From Herpetosiphon sp. NSE202 (lineage in GTDB: Bacteria > Chloroflexota > Chloroflexia > Chloroflexales > Herpetosiphonaceae), in assembly GCF_042688385.1 (NCBI RefSeq), contig NZ_JBHUPY010000007.1, positions 322,110-386,109 on the forward strand: 64,000 bases of DNA. The letters are read 5' to 3'. Position 1 is the first letter of the stretch; the number at the start of each line of letters is the position of its first letter. A program made the position numbers and the translations under genes. This document shows positions 9,568 to 19,623 of this stretch, in pieces. Below the pieces are notes generated by a model. It ran no database searches. It was not told where the DNA came from and saw only the letters and a list, made by a program, of their open reading frames with translations.

Positions 9568-10083
9568 CTACTTGCCGACTTTGACGACCGTTGGACGCAA
9601 GACCCGTTCGCCGAGCTTGTAGCCGCGGCGCAATTCGGCCACGACTTTGTTTGATTGGGCTTCGTCGCCTTCTTCAAACATAATTGCTTCGTGAACATTG
9701 GGGTCGAATTCTTCATCAACGGCGGGAATTGGTTGCAGGCCAGCGCCCTCAAGCACCGTTTCAAATTTACGTTGTACTTGTTTAACGCCGCCAATCCACT
9801 GATTGTTTTCAATTTCAGCGGGAATTTGGCCCATCGCCAAGAGCAGGTCGTCGAGCACTGGAAGCAATTTCAACATCAAACCAGCGCTAGCATTGCGAAT
9901 CAACTCCTCGCGTTCGCTTTCGGTGCGGCGTTTGTAATTTTTGAAATCGGCAATTGCGCGCATCCAGTTGGTTTTATGTTCTTCAACTTCGCGTTCGAGC
10001 GTGGCGATCCGTTCGTTCAGGCTTTCTGCATCGCCTTCAGGATTGGTATCGTCAGTTGATTGTGCTTGCACTTCTTCCGTCAT
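9568..10083 (-). CDS. grpE: nucleotide exchange factor GrpE
   Basis: 171 aa with an N-terminal acidic coiled coil and a conserved GrpE C-terminal region (...[15 protein letters not shown]...VLRPTVVKV...). Confidence 0.9.
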   Translation of the reverse strand: MTEEVQAQSTDDTNPEGDAESLNERIATLEREVEEHKTNWMRAIADFKNYKRRTESEREELIRNASAGLMLKLLPVLDDLLLAMGQIPAEIENNQWIGGVKQVQRKFETVLEGAGLQPIPAVDEEFDPNVHEAIMFEEGDEAQSNKVVAELRRGYKLGERVLRPTVVKVGK

Positions 10084-10141
10084 GAGAACTCCATACCTCC
10101 GTAAAGATCAAATTTGTATTATCACAGTCTAGTGTGAGGCA

Positions 10142-11206
10142 CTATTCTGTTGGTTCTATTTTGCGTTCGCCGTATAAATCGCCCATCAGATCGCTCATAA
10201 CCCCAGCGATATAACGCACGCTAGAGATTGAGCGTGGATAGGCCATGCGGCGCGGCCCTAAAACTCCGACGACTCCGGCAACATCGCCATTAACTCCGTA
10301 GCGCGAAAGAATCACGCTATAATCGCGCAACTCATCGCGGCTATGCTCGCCGCCGATAATCACTTGCACGCCATCGGAGGCCAAAGCTTGGGGAATGAGC
10401 GATTCGAGCATCGTGCCGCCTTCGAGAATCGAAAGCACCTCGCGTACCCGCGTCACCTGGCCAAACTCTGGTTGATGCAGCATTTCAAGCAAGCCATCGT
10501 GATGAATTAATTCGTTGACATGCTCCTCGAATTGTTGCATTGCCCGCGCCACGCTCTCGATCACCAGCATTTCAAAACTGCTGAGCGGTGGCTGGGCCAC
10601 AGGCTGCGTCAACGCAAGCGCCGCAATCGCCTTGGCCGAAGCTTCATGACAAAGCTCGTTAATCCGGCCAGCGATTCTGCTAAGTTGCTCTTGGGTGGTG
10701 TTGGGGTCGGCGGGCAGCGTTTGTTGCTTAACCGAGCCTTCGTGCAACACCAACACCATCAACACCAAGGCATCGTTGATCGCAATCAATTCAATATGTT
10801 TAAAGCGACTTTCATAGGCGCGCGGTGGGGTAACCACGGCTGCGGTTTGGGCAGTTCGGGCCAAAACCGCTGCTGCCAAATGAATCCATTGGTTCAATTC
10901 CGAGCGGATTTGATAGAACTGATGTTGGATCATGCGCTGTTCTTGGGTGGAAAGCGCCGCCCGATCCATCAAATTTTCGACAAAGAAGCGATAGCCAGCA
11001 TCGGTGGGCAAGCGCCCTGCAGACGTATGCAAATGGGTCAAAAGGCCAGCATCTTCTAAGGCCGCCATTTCGTTGCGGACAGTTGCTGAGCTAACCCCTA
11101 AACTCCGCGCAAGATCTTGCGAGGCGACTGGTGTTGCCGTATCGATATATTGTTGGATCACTGCCTTAAGCACCCGTCGTCGCCGCTCATTGAGTTCTAG
11201 ATTCAT
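10142..11206 (-). CDS. hrcA: heat-inducible transcription repressor HrcA
   Basis: 354 aa. N-terminal winged helix ([70 protein letters not shown]) typical of HrcA. It is the first gene of the hrcA-grpE-dnaK-dnaJ operon. Confidence 0.9.
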   Translation of the reverse strand: MNLELNERRRRVLKAVIQQYIDTATPVASQDLARSLGVSSATVRNEMAALEDAGLLTHLHTSAGRLPTDAGYRFFVENLMDRAALSTQEQRMIQHQFYQIRSELNQWIHLAAAVLARTAQTAAVVTPPRAYESRFKHIELIAINDALVLMVLVLHEGSVKQQTLPADPNTTQEQLSRIAGRINELCHEASAKAIAALALTQPVAQPPLSSFEMLVIESVARAMQQFEEHVNELIHHDGLLEMLHQPEFGQVTRVREVLSILEGGTMLESLIPQALASDGVQVIIGGEHSRDELRDYSVILSRYGVNGDVAGVVGVLGPRRMAYPRSISSVRYIAGVMSDLMGDLYGERKIEPTE

Positions 11207-11219
11207 CGCTCACCTCGCT

Positions 11220-11246
11220 TTAGCACTCTTGGCCGCCGAGTGCTAA
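11220..11246 (-). promoter_or_regulatory. CIRCE operator (HrcA binding site) upstream of hrcA
   Basis: Perfect match to the consensus: TTAGCACTC-ttggccgcc-GAGTGCTAA (N9 spacer), 14 nt upstream of the hrcA start. A -10-like TATAAC (complement of 11255-11260) lies just upstream on the transcribed strand. Confidence 0.85.
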
Positions 11247-11625
11247 CTCGGTAAGTTATAAGATTGGCGTGCTCGCCGCACGCCGCTGAATATTGTAACA
11301 CGCCGCGAAAGAGCTAGCAACGGGGCCACGCCAGCTCTTACATCGCTCTAACATTCAGCCAATTTAAACCAGTTGCGACTTAATCTCAAAAATTGGCTGA
11401 ATTTCCGTTAGAACTATATCGCAAGAACTATGCACATTTTGCCGAGAATCGGCTATAATCGCCAAACGCTATTGCAATATGATCATCAAGTGCTATGAGG
11501 AGGTTTCGAATTTGGGTCGGGGAGAAACTCTGCTGATTGAGGAGCAGGTAGCATCGGGGGGTCTGGCAACTCACCTTATAGCGTGATGCTGAATGTCAAT
11601 AGTTTTTAGTGTGTAAGGAAGGTCT

Positions 11626-14600
11626 ATGCGTTCGATGCGTATGCTGCGTTTGCTAGCAGCATTAATTGTGGTGAGCATGCTTCCATTGAGCCGAAGCAAC
11701 GCCCAAACTCCAACCACCAATGCCCCAATCAATCGCTTGCTCAACCAAGGAGCCAATCTTGCTCGCCACAGCCAAACAGGCTATGTGCGCTGGATTGGCG
11801 CGGCGGCAGGCACAACCCTCGATCAGCCAAGCGGCCTGAATCGAGCAGATACGGTTAATGTTGCCAACGCCTATGTGGCTGAATATGGCAGCTTGTTTGG
11901 CTTAGCTCAAGCCAGCGATGCAGCAGTTGCCAAAATGACCACCACCCAAGATGGTCGCCAAGTTGTGCGTTATCAACAACGCTACCAAGGCGTGCCAGTA
12001 GTAGCTGGTGAATTGCAAGTGCAATTGAACCAAGCAGGCGAATTGCTCAGCATGAATGGCGAAGTGTTGCCAAATCTCAATCTGAGCACCAGCGCCACAT
12101 TGAGCCAAGCCAACGCTAGCAGCATTGCCCAAAACTATGTTGCCGCCAAATACGATGCTAACACTGCCAACTTGAATGTGAGCAAAAACGAGCTTTCAAT
12201 TTACAACCCAGCCTTATTGGGTGGCACTGGTGTTCAAAAAAACAGCTTGGTTTGGTTGGTCACGGTTGAATCGGACACCAGCGAACCAATTCGCGAGTAT
12301 GTGTTTGTCAACGCCCATTCGGGCGAGATTAGCTTAGCCTTCAACCAAATTGGCTATGCCAAAAATCGCTTCGTCTGCGACGACGACAATGTAATTGATA
12401 ACGACAACACTCCCAATAATAACTGTGATGAAGCCAGCGAATATGTGCGTACCGAAGGCTCAGCTGCCAGTGGTGATGCAGATATTGATGCCGCCTACGA
12501 TTATTCGGGCGATACCTACGACTTCTACAACTTGTTCTTTGGCCGCAACAGCATCGACAACAACGGCATGAACTTGATTTCATTGGTCAAGCACTGCCCA
12601 CCTGGCGCTGGCTGTCCTTATGGCAATGCCTTCTGGAATGGCCGCCAAATGACCTATGGTGAAGGTTTTGCTGCTGCCGACGACGTGGTTGCCCACGAAT
12701 TGTCGCACGGCGTAACCGAATATACCTCAAACCTGTTCTACTACTTCCAATCAGGCGCAATCAACGAAGCCATGTCGGATATCTTCGGCGAATTCATGGA
12801 TCAAACCAATGGCAGCGCCGACGATGACGAAACCACTCGTTGGATTATGGGCGAAGATTTGGGCGGATTGCGTGATATGCAAGACCCACCGCAAGGCGGC
12901 CAGCCTGATAGCATGCTCAGCCCATTGTATGTGCTTGACGCAAGCTTGGCTGATAATGGTGGCGTGCACACCAACAGCGGGATTGCCAACAAGGCTTCCT
13001 ATCTGTTGACCGATGGCGACAGCTTCAACGGCCAAACGATCAACTCAATTGGCATCACCAAAACCGCACATTTATTCTATGAAACCCAAATTAGCTCGTT
13101 GACTTCGGGCAGCGACTATGCTGATTTAGCATCAGCTTTGCGCCAAGCTTGTAGCAGCCTGACTGGCGATCATGGGATTACGACAGCTGATTGTGCTGAA
13201 GTTAACAAAACCATTTTGGCCACCGAAATGGATTTGCAGCCAACCAACGCACCAGCCCCTGACATCAAAGCATGTAGCCCTGGCCAAACTCAGGTTAATG
13301 TTTTTGCCGATGATTTTGAAGCCTTGCCAAACACCAAATGGACTTCAAGCGCCTTGAGCGGCAGCAATGAAAGCTGGACGACCAATCCTGCTCAAATCGT
13401 TGGCGCATATGCAACCAGCGGCAATGGTTCGGCCACCAACGTCAATGGTGTGTATGGTGTGAATCAAGATGTTGAAGAATCGGCCTTCAGCCAAAATGCA
13501 GCTGTGACGGTTCCAGCCAATGGCTTTGCCCACTTCCGCCATGCCTACGATTTCTACTCGCCACTTGATGCTGGCGTGGTTGAATATAGCACCAACAACG
13601 GCAACAGCTGGCAATCGGCAGCAAACTTGTTTAGCTACAACGGGCCAAACAACATCGCTGCAGGCGGCGAATTTGCAGGCGAGCAAGCCTATGTTGGCAA
13701 CAGCAACGGCTACACCGCTAGCCGCTTGAATCTCTCAAGCTTGGCTGGCCAATCAGTTCGCTTCCGCTTCAAAGTGGCGCTTGGCGACAACCCAACCCCA
13801 AGCCGCTCGGTTACCTGGTCGATTGACGATTTCGCAATCTACAGCTGTAGCGGCGCAGTAACGCCAGCCGCACCAAGCCTGTTCGTCACCAGCGATGTCT
13901 TGGCCCAACAAGGCAAGATTAGCAGTGCTGTGATTGGGACGGCCTCTGATGATATTGATTTGGCTGGTTCGTTGGCCGTGAGCGTTGCTGGCGCGCCAGC
14001 AGGCTTGAACGTCAACGTCGCCAACCAAGCAGGCATCTTGAAAGCGACGGTCAATTGTGCTTGTGCCACCGAAGTTGGCAGCTACCCAATTACCGTAACC
14101 GTCCGCGACAGCGGCAACCGCACCGCTAGCCAAGTGTTCAATGTTGAAGTTGAAACCGCTGGCCAAAGCGTGATTGATGGTGGCTTTGAGCGCGGCGAGG
14201 GCTGGGAAGCCTTCTCAAGCTCGTTTGGCGACGTTTCACCGCCATTGTGTTTCTTGCCTGGCTGCGCTGGCGAGCCACGCACCGGCAATAGCTGGTTGCG
14301 CTTTGGCGCACGCGCTGGCAGCACCGAAACCGCGTTTGCAGAGCAAACCTTCACCTCAACCGCGAGCGACGCAACGCTTGAATTCTATCTTTCGATCTAT
14401 GAGCATAACGGTCGTGGCACGCAAGATTACGTCAAGCTCAGCATTGATGGCGAAGAAGTGTTCCGCGTCACCGATGCCAACACCGAATACGACAATGGCT
14501 ATGCCAAAGTGACGATTCCATTGACCGACCTTGAAGCAGGCGCGCATGTCTTGCGCTTCGATTCGGTCAATAATTCGACTGCGGAGATCATTCGCTTCAG

Positions 14601-14679
14601 CATTGACGACATCAGTTTGATTACTGAAACCAATCAATGCCGTGGCGTTGGCGTGTATCTGCCAGCCGTCACCAAATAA
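11626..14679 (+). CDS. secreted zinc metalloprotease, M4 (thermolysin) family, with a roughly 500-aa C-terminal extension
   Basis: 1017 aa. Signal peptide (MRSMRMLRLLAALIVVSMLPLSRSNAQ), propeptide-like region, HELSHGVTE (HExxH) and downstream NEAMSD (Glu third zinc ligand), then a long Ser/Thr/Gly/Asn-rich C-terminal region. TATAAT at about 11453 and a roughly 170-nt leader. Confidence 0.85.
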   Translation: MRSMRMLRLLAALIVVSMLPLSRSNAQTPTTNAPINRLLNQGANLARHSQTGYVRWIGAAAGTTLDQPSGLNRADTVNVANAYVAEYGSLFGLAQASDAAVAKMTTTQDGRQVVRYQQRYQGVPVVAGELQVQLNQAGELLSMNGEVLPNLNLSTSATLSQANASSIAQNYVAAKYDANTANLNVSKNELSIYNPALLGGTGVQKNSLVWLVTVESDTSEPIREYVFVNAHSGEISLAFNQIGYAKNRFVCDDDNVIDNDNTPNNNCDEASEYVRTEGSAASGDADIDAAYDYSGDTYDFYNLFFGRNSIDNNGMNLISLVKHCPPGAGCPYGNAFWNGRQMTYGEGFAAADDVVAHELSHGVTEYTSNLFYYFQSGAINEAMSDIFGEFMDQTNGSADDDETTRWIMGEDLGGLRDMQDPPQGGQPDSMLSPLYVLDASLADNGGVHTNSGIANKASYLLTDGDSFNGQTINSIGITKTAHLFYETQISSLTSGSDYADLASALRQACSSLTGDHGITTADCAEVNKTILATEMDLQPTNAPAPDIKACSPGQTQVNVFADDFEALPNTKWTSSALSGSNESWTTNPAQIVGAYATSGNGSATNVNGVYGVNQDVEESAFSQNAAVTVPANGFAHFRHAYDFYSPLDAGVVEYSTNNGNSWQSAANLFSYNGPNNIAAGGEFAGEQAYVGNSNGYTASRLNLSSLAGQSVRFRFKVALGDNPTPSRSVTWSIDDFAIYSCSGAVTPAAPSLFVTSDVLAQQGKISSAVIGTASDDIDLAGSLAVSVAGAPAGLNVNVANQAGILKATVNCACATEVGSYPITVTVRDSGNRTASQVFNVEVETAGQSVIDGGFERGEGWEAFSSSFGDVSPPLCFLPGCAGEPRTGNSWLRFGARAGSTETAFAEQTFTSTASDATLEFYLSIYEHNGRGTQDYVKLSIDGEEVFRVTDANTEYDNGYAKVTIPLTDLEAGAHVLRFDSVNNSTAEIIRFSIDDISLITETNQCRGVGVYLPAVTK

Positions 14680-14686
14680 CGGGAGG

Positions 14687-14728
14687 CCCTCACCCCCAGC
14701 CCCTCTCCCACTCAACGCGGGCGAGGGG
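14687..14728. repeat. half-copy (single arm) of the G-rich palindromic MITE/REP-like element family
   Basis: ccctcacccccagcccctctcccactcaacgcgggcgagggg is the reverse complement of the right arm found in the five full copies. Confidence 0.6.
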
Positions 14729-14770
14729 AGCACTGGTCTCGTGGTTAACCTGGTATATCATACGAATAAC

Positions 14771-14812
14771 CACAAAAGCGCCAGCTTGGCTTAGGCTAAG
14801 CTGGCGCTTTTG
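14771..14812. terminator. bidirectional intrinsic terminator between the convergent protease gene and paralog A0
   Basis: agcgccagctt-ggcttaggct-aagctggcgct (11-bp stem) is flanked by caaaa on the 5' side and ttttggttttta on the 3' side. Confidence 0.5.
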
Positions 14813-14816
14813 GTTT

Positions 14817-17117
14817 TTAGCGCCCAAATGCCGTCAAGGCGCGCTGGCTCAATAGTTCATCTGGCAGCGGAAACTGGGCAGTAAGCTGGCCATGGCTGCG
14901 CTCTTGAATCAAATTACCTGCCACCCCCACCAAAACCAGCGTTTCCGCATCGGCACTAACAACCGCATGATTATGCAATGGCAACTCATCGCTCCATTCC
15001 AAGGCCCCTGTTGCGGCGGCATAAACCCGATATTGCTTGCCGAGCACAGGCTGTTGCAAACTGCGTTGCCACCACAAGCGCGTGCCATCAGCCGACCAGC
15101 CGACAATTGGGGTGGTGGTTACCATCGGCCCACTTGGTTGTTGATCAAGCACGTGCCATGTTTGGCTAGCATGATCGTAACGCTGCAATTGAGCCATGCC
15201 CTGCGCCGAATCGACCGTCACGGCGGCCAAGGCTGAGCCATCGGGAGCGAAGGCAAGGGCATGGTCTGAGCTAAGCGGCAAACTGAGCGTGCTTGAGGTT
15301 TGGTTGGTTAAATCCCACCAAACCAGCTGTTGCTCAGTGGCAGTTTGACTTTGGCGATAGACCAAGGTTTGTTGGTTGGCACTAACCCACGTTTGCGGCT
15401 GATACGGCAATTCGGCCAACAGCTCAATTTTCGCTTGTTGGTTGAGTTTCATTGTGACAAAAAAAGACTTGCGGTTAACCATATTTGTTGGTTCATCGTG
15501 CAACAAGCCATAGATTGTTTGTGCCTGCCATGCAAGCGGCTCAAACTCTGGCGGATTAGCAAAAGAGACCATAGCTTGAATTAATGAATGCGGATTGGTC
15601 GTAAGATCCACATGAAATATCTGTGGGGCAAAGCGATAGGCTCCATTTGTAACAAGCAGTGCCTCTTGTCCATTAGGTGCAATTAAGCCATAGCTCGCAT
15701 ATGCTAAATCAGATTCTATCTTTGCATAATTAATTTCATGATGAGTTTGGGTTTGGGGATCATAGAGCCATAGTGTATCAGACGACTTGTCGCGGTAAAG
15801 CGCCAAAGCAGGGAGATTAGGCCGATTAATTAGTAAGCGTATATTAAGCTTTTCAATCTGTTGATCGCTCAGCACGGTTGAATAGATCGCGTATGTCGAG
15901 TTCCATTCTTCGGCTAAAAGTGCCATTTGATAGGCTGGTTGACTGGGTAACACCAGTTGGGTTGGTGATGGCTTCGCTATTGGCAAAGTCTCTGCTAAAC
16001 TAGGTTGTTCAGGCCAAAGCCACAACCGCTCAATACCTTCACCATAGCTTTGGTTCAGATCGAGCCATGTATGCTGCTGCGTAGCAGGATGCCAAAGATC
16101 AACAAAGTTGGTCATTTTGGTTTGCATTTCATAGGTATACCAATAGCCAGCTTGATAGCTAGGAACGAGGTTAATCCCTAGCCCAGAATGATAGTCTTCG
16201 AGTAATTGACCTGTTTTGAGGCTATACATTTGCCAATGATTATGTGGCGGATACTCATACCCAAACGCAATTTGATCGAGGTTAGGTGCAACTATCATAC
16301 TAAAGGGATCAAGTGCTAACGCTGGCGAAAGCTCAATCGTACGGATTGGCGAACCATCAAACGCATTCAACTCAATTACGGTTTGGCGATTGGCAAGCAC
16401 AAAAAGTCGTTGTTGGCTCGATGTGACTAAACCTTCAACGCTGGCCAAAGTTAAGTTGTGGTTGCGTGGTGCATACAGCCAAAGTTGATAACTATTGTGC
16501 GGTTGAAACCAAAAATCGCCAGTTGCGCTAAGCCAGCCTGATCTAATTGTTGAAACTTTCGTGAGGATTGTTTGCTCTAAAACGATCCCGTCACTTAATC
16601 GCACATGCAGCCAACCCATGGGCAGATCAAGTATTTTGCCACGCCGTCCATACACAATATAGACTCCTTGAGCATCCTGATCAAGAGTAACGAATGGATC
16701 AAGCGAGCCAAACAAATCGGGTGCGGCCACCTCCCACACGACCTTATTCTCTTCCAGATCAAACAAACACAATGTTTCATACTTAAAGCAAATCATCATT
16801 GAGGTGTTTGGAATCGCAGAAACTAGCCATGGTTCATACAAACGTTGGGCCGTTAACGTACCAGCCGTGGTTAGCCATGCATAATGCTTATCAAGCTCAG
16901 TTCCAGGCCGAGTTATCTTCATCAACACCCGCTCAGTGGTCGGTATGCTCAAGGCTTGGGTGGGCGTGGCAATTGGCTGGCTTGGGCTGGCTTGGGCTGC
17001 CGACGGCAAAGTTGGCGTAGCTTGCGGAATGACCGTTGGCGTGGACTGTTGCGCTTGGCAATTGCTCAACAACCCAACCAATACCCCCAATAAAAGCATT
17101 CGATAGACTTTTTGCAT
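14817..17117 (-). CDS. paralog A0 of the tandem family: large lipoprotein with beta-propeller (PD40/YVTN-like) repeats
   Basis: 766 aa. Lipoprotein signal MQKVYRMLLLGVLVGLLSNCQAQQ is nearly identical to that of 19624-21954. Pro/Thr/Ser-rich linker; repeated APDG/SADG motifs; the most divergent member. Confidence 0.75.
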   Translation of the reverse strand: MQKVYRMLLLGVLVGLLSNCQAQQSTPTVIPQATPTLPSAAQASPSQPIATPTQALSIPTTERVLMKITRPGTELDKHYAWLTTAGTLTAQRLYEPWLVSAIPNTSMMICFKYETLCLFDLEENKVVWEVAAPDLFGSLDPFVTLDQDAQGVYIVYGRRGKILDLPMGWLHVRLSDGIVLEQTILTKVSTIRSGWLSATGDFWFQPHNSYQLWLYAPRNHNLTLASVEGLVTSSQQRLFVLANRQTVIELNAFDGSPIRTIELSPALALDPFSMIVAPNLDQIAFGYEYPPHNHWQMYSLKTGQLLEDYHSGLGINLVPSYQAGYWYTYEMQTKMTNFVDLWHPATQQHTWLDLNQSYGEGIERLWLWPEQPSLAETLPIAKPSPTQLVLPSQPAYQMALLAEEWNSTYAIYSTVLSDQQIEKLNIRLLINRPNLPALALYRDKSSDTLWLYDPQTQTHHEINYAKIESDLAYASYGLIAPNGQEALLVTNGAYRFAPQIFHVDLTTNPHSLIQAMVSFANPPEFEPLAWQAQTIYGLLHDEPTNMVNRKSFFVTMKLNQQAKIELLAELPYQPQTWVSANQQTLVYRQSQTATEQQLVWWDLTNQTSSTLSLPLSSDHALAFAPDGSALAAVTVDSAQGMAQLQRYDHASQTWHVLDQQPSGPMVTTTPIVGWSADGTRLWWQRSLQQPVLGKQYRVYAAATGALEWSDELPLHNHAVVSADAETLVLVGVAGNLIQERSHGQLTAQFPLPDELLSQRALTAFGR

Positions 17118-17138
17118 AGCCTTCTTCCTCTCTGGCTC

Positions 17139-19574
17139 CTATGGTTGCGAATAGACATATTCAATAGTTGATAATTGCGATGAATAAATTGGCTCTAAAG
17201 CAGCGAATTTGGCCAACGGCAACCAGTGTTGATTGACCCGCTCTAGAACATACAGATCCTTGAACGTATCCAAAACTACGCGCTGGCCAAACCAATCACT
17301 TTTGCTTAGATTGAACGAATCAGCCAAGAGCAGCGCATGGCCAATTTGGCTGCTACGGCTAAACGTCAGCAAGCGCGAATTAATCATTTGATTGTCGGCA
17401 AGCAAGTAGTATTGACTATCACCCGACCATGTACCTTGAAAACTCTTCGACTGCGGCTGGCGCAGCAACTCCAAACCCGTTGCACTATCAAACATCAAGA
17501 GCGTGCCATAGTCCAAGGGATAGGTGCGCTCAAACAGCATAATCGTCTGGCCATCGGGCGCAATCTCAATTTTAAGCGCCTTGCTGGCACTGGTTGGCAT
17601 GAGCAATTGGGTCAGTTGGCTGACGATTGAATAGCGCTGAATTTGATCGTGGGGATCTTGATAGACAACAATTGGCGAGCCAACCGTATACCAAAGCTGC
17701 TGCACATCAGTCGAATCGAGCAAATCGGTGCCTTGGCTTGGATCATTGAATGCCGTTTGCCATAACAGATAGCTATCAGCACCAGAGTTCGAAGTAAGGC
17801 CAACAATCGTCAACTGGCGACCATCCCAATAGATTGGGGTTAAGTAGGTTGCGGCGGGCAGTTCGGCAAAAACACTCCTTTTGCCAGTTTGCAGATCAAG
17901 GGCAAGGCACCGATTGACCCGTGAACGTGTATTGCCATCGAAATAATAGCTATAGCAAAGCGCCACGCTGCGATTATCCGGCGCACTGACTCCCGCCACA
18001 TCACTCCACATTCGATTTTCGGCTGGTTCTAAATCAATAGTGATGGTAGTTTGGCTAGTAGGGTCAAATAGCGCCAAATCTTCATCATTAAGCCCAATCA
18101 GGAGCGGTGGTGCATGCTGCCGCGCAATGCTATAGCTATTTGCATGCTGCATCAATTCACTCCAGCCTTGAGGCCAAAGTTGCTTTATGCCCACACCATC
18201 ATTGGCCAATGCCAAAGGTTGATCTTCGACTGGCGCAGCAGCAAGCGGGGCATTCTCTGGCAGCGTTAGCCGTAAGGGTTCTAAGCGAGGAGTATCGACG
18301 ATGGGCAACAGGGAGAGCTTAGGAATAAGGGTAAACCTGCTATATTCTGGCTGCGTTGTTTCAGGTTGATGGACCGGTTCGATAGTTTGAGTTTGGTTGG
18401 TTGTCAGATCAATTGTTTCCAAGCTCCCATTGCGATTGAGCATAATTAAGCGTTGATCATCAAGAAAGCGAATGCGTTGGCTAAACCCAGTTTGATTCAG
18501 ATCTAGTGCTGCAAAGGCTAATAAGCGTTGCCAAAAGCCAAGCCCATTGCCAGCGCGATCGTAGGCAAAAATCTGCTGCGGTGAATCATAATCTTCGGAG
18601 GGGTCGATAATGACAACCACATAAGTGAGTTCGGGCGAAACCAGCATCTCCTGAATGCTAGTAGCGCGGGGTAAATGTAAAAATTCAGTTTGGTTGAGCG
18701 TTTGACGCGTGCGCAAATCGATTTCGCTGACCATGCCCGAACCAAAGACCAAGGCCCGCTGGCCGTCGGCGGCCACCGCAGCAAACTCAAGCTGACTAAA
18801 CCATGGTTCGGCAAAGCCTTCACTGGCAGCATCAAAGCCAAACAATTGACCGTCGGCCAAAAGCCATGGGCCAGCAGCGGTTGGCAAGACTTTGGGTTGT
18901 TGGCGCAGTAGCGGCGCTTGATATTGGCGCAATTCCAGACCACTGCGGCTATCCAGCCCACGCAAACGCACCGTCGCAGGCTGAAATGGGTCATTCGTGG
19001 CTTGCTTTTCGATTAACCAAACCACGTCCATAAACGGATCGTTGACCACATCCAAAATGCTGGTTTCAACGTGAGCTTGTTGGCTATAAATTGGCACTTG
19101 CCACAAACGCTGATCATCGCGCAAAGAACGGGCTTCGAGCCAGGCATAATTGCGCCCCAACAGCACTTCACGCTCGCGATCAATTGTGATTATCGGCTCT
19201 TGATCGATGAGCTTGCCTCGCGTTTGAGGCTGATTAACACCATCCCAGATTGTAAGTTCAGCCCCACTCCCAACCAACACGAGCTGCTGATCACCTAGAT
19301 CAAGCGTATCGCTGGTGGGAAGTGGCTGACTCGGCTGCGGCTGACTTGGCTGCGGCTGGGTTGCAATACTCGGGGTTACGATTGCTTCCGCAACCATGGT
19401 GGCGGTTGGAGCAGGTGCTGGGGGCGCTGGCGTTTGGGCCGCCAAAATCATGGCGATTAATAAGCCAATCCCAGCCAGCACCGGCAGAATTTGCCAGCGA
19501 CGGCCTGAACCGCCAATCTTGGCGCGCTGCGAATGTTCTTCCATCAGCAATACCTCTCGTAGGGTTGCCCTCAT
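17139..19574 (-). CDS. paralog A1: signal-anchored large beta-propeller-repeat protein
   Basis: 811 aa. Short cytoplasmic N-terminus plus TM (RRWQILPVLAGIGLLIAMILAA), PAPPAPAPT linker, conserved core LEARSLRDDQRLWQVPIYSQQAHVETSILDVVNDPF...KQATNDPFQPATVRLRGLDSRSG, APDGQ and WSGDS motifs, C-terminal ...YVYSQP. Confidence 0.75.
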   Translation of the reverse strand: MRATLREVLLMEEHSQRAKIGGSGRRWQILPVLAGIGLLIAMILAAQTPAPPAPAPTATMVAEAIVTPSIATQPQPSQPQPSQPLPTSDTLDLGDQQLVLVGSGAELTIWDGVNQPQTRGKLIDQEPIITIDREREVLLGRNYAWLEARSLRDDQRLWQVPIYSQQAHVETSILDVVNDPFMDVVWLIEKQATNDPFQPATVRLRGLDSRSGLELRQYQAPLLRQQPKVLPTAAGPWLLADGQLFGFDAASEGFAEPWFSQLEFAAVAADGQRALVFGSGMVSEIDLRTRQTLNQTEFLHLPRATSIQEMLVSPELTYVVVIIDPSEDYDSPQQIFAYDRAGNGLGFWQRLLAFAALDLNQTGFSQRIRFLDDQRLIMLNRNGSLETIDLTTNQTQTIEPVHQPETTQPEYSRFTLIPKLSLLPIVDTPRLEPLRLTLPENAPLAAAPVEDQPLALANDGVGIKQLWPQGWSELMQHANSYSIARQHAPPLLIGLNDEDLALFDPTSQTTITIDLEPAENRMWSDVAGVSAPDNRSVALCYSYYFDGNTRSRVNRCLALDLQTGKRSVFAELPAATYLTPIYWDGRQLTIVGLTSNSGADSYLLWQTAFNDPSQGTDLLDSTDVQQLWYTVGSPIVVYQDPHDQIQRYSIVSQLTQLLMPTSASKALKIEIAPDGQTIMLFERTYPLDYGTLLMFDSATGLELLRQPQSKSFQGTWSGDSQYYLLADNQMINSRLLTFSRSSQIGHALLLADSFNLSKSDWFGQRVVLDTFKDLYVLERVNQHWLPLAKFAALEPIYSSQLSTIEYVYSQP

Positions 19575-19623
19575 TGGAGCATACTATCGAACCTTCTCAC
19601 AATCATAGCAAACTATGCTGAGC

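Noticed and set aside
11004-11246. A plus-strand ORF spans the CIRCE element and the hrcA 5' end.
   Set aside because: It is antisense to hrcA and includes the operator palindrome, so it is not coding.
12341-12583. A Cys/Arg-rich 80-aa minus-strand ORF (CRCCRCCCGQR...) lies inside the protease gene.
   Set aside because: It is antisense to a strongly supported M4 protease frame and its composition is a mirror artefact of the sense-strand codon bias.
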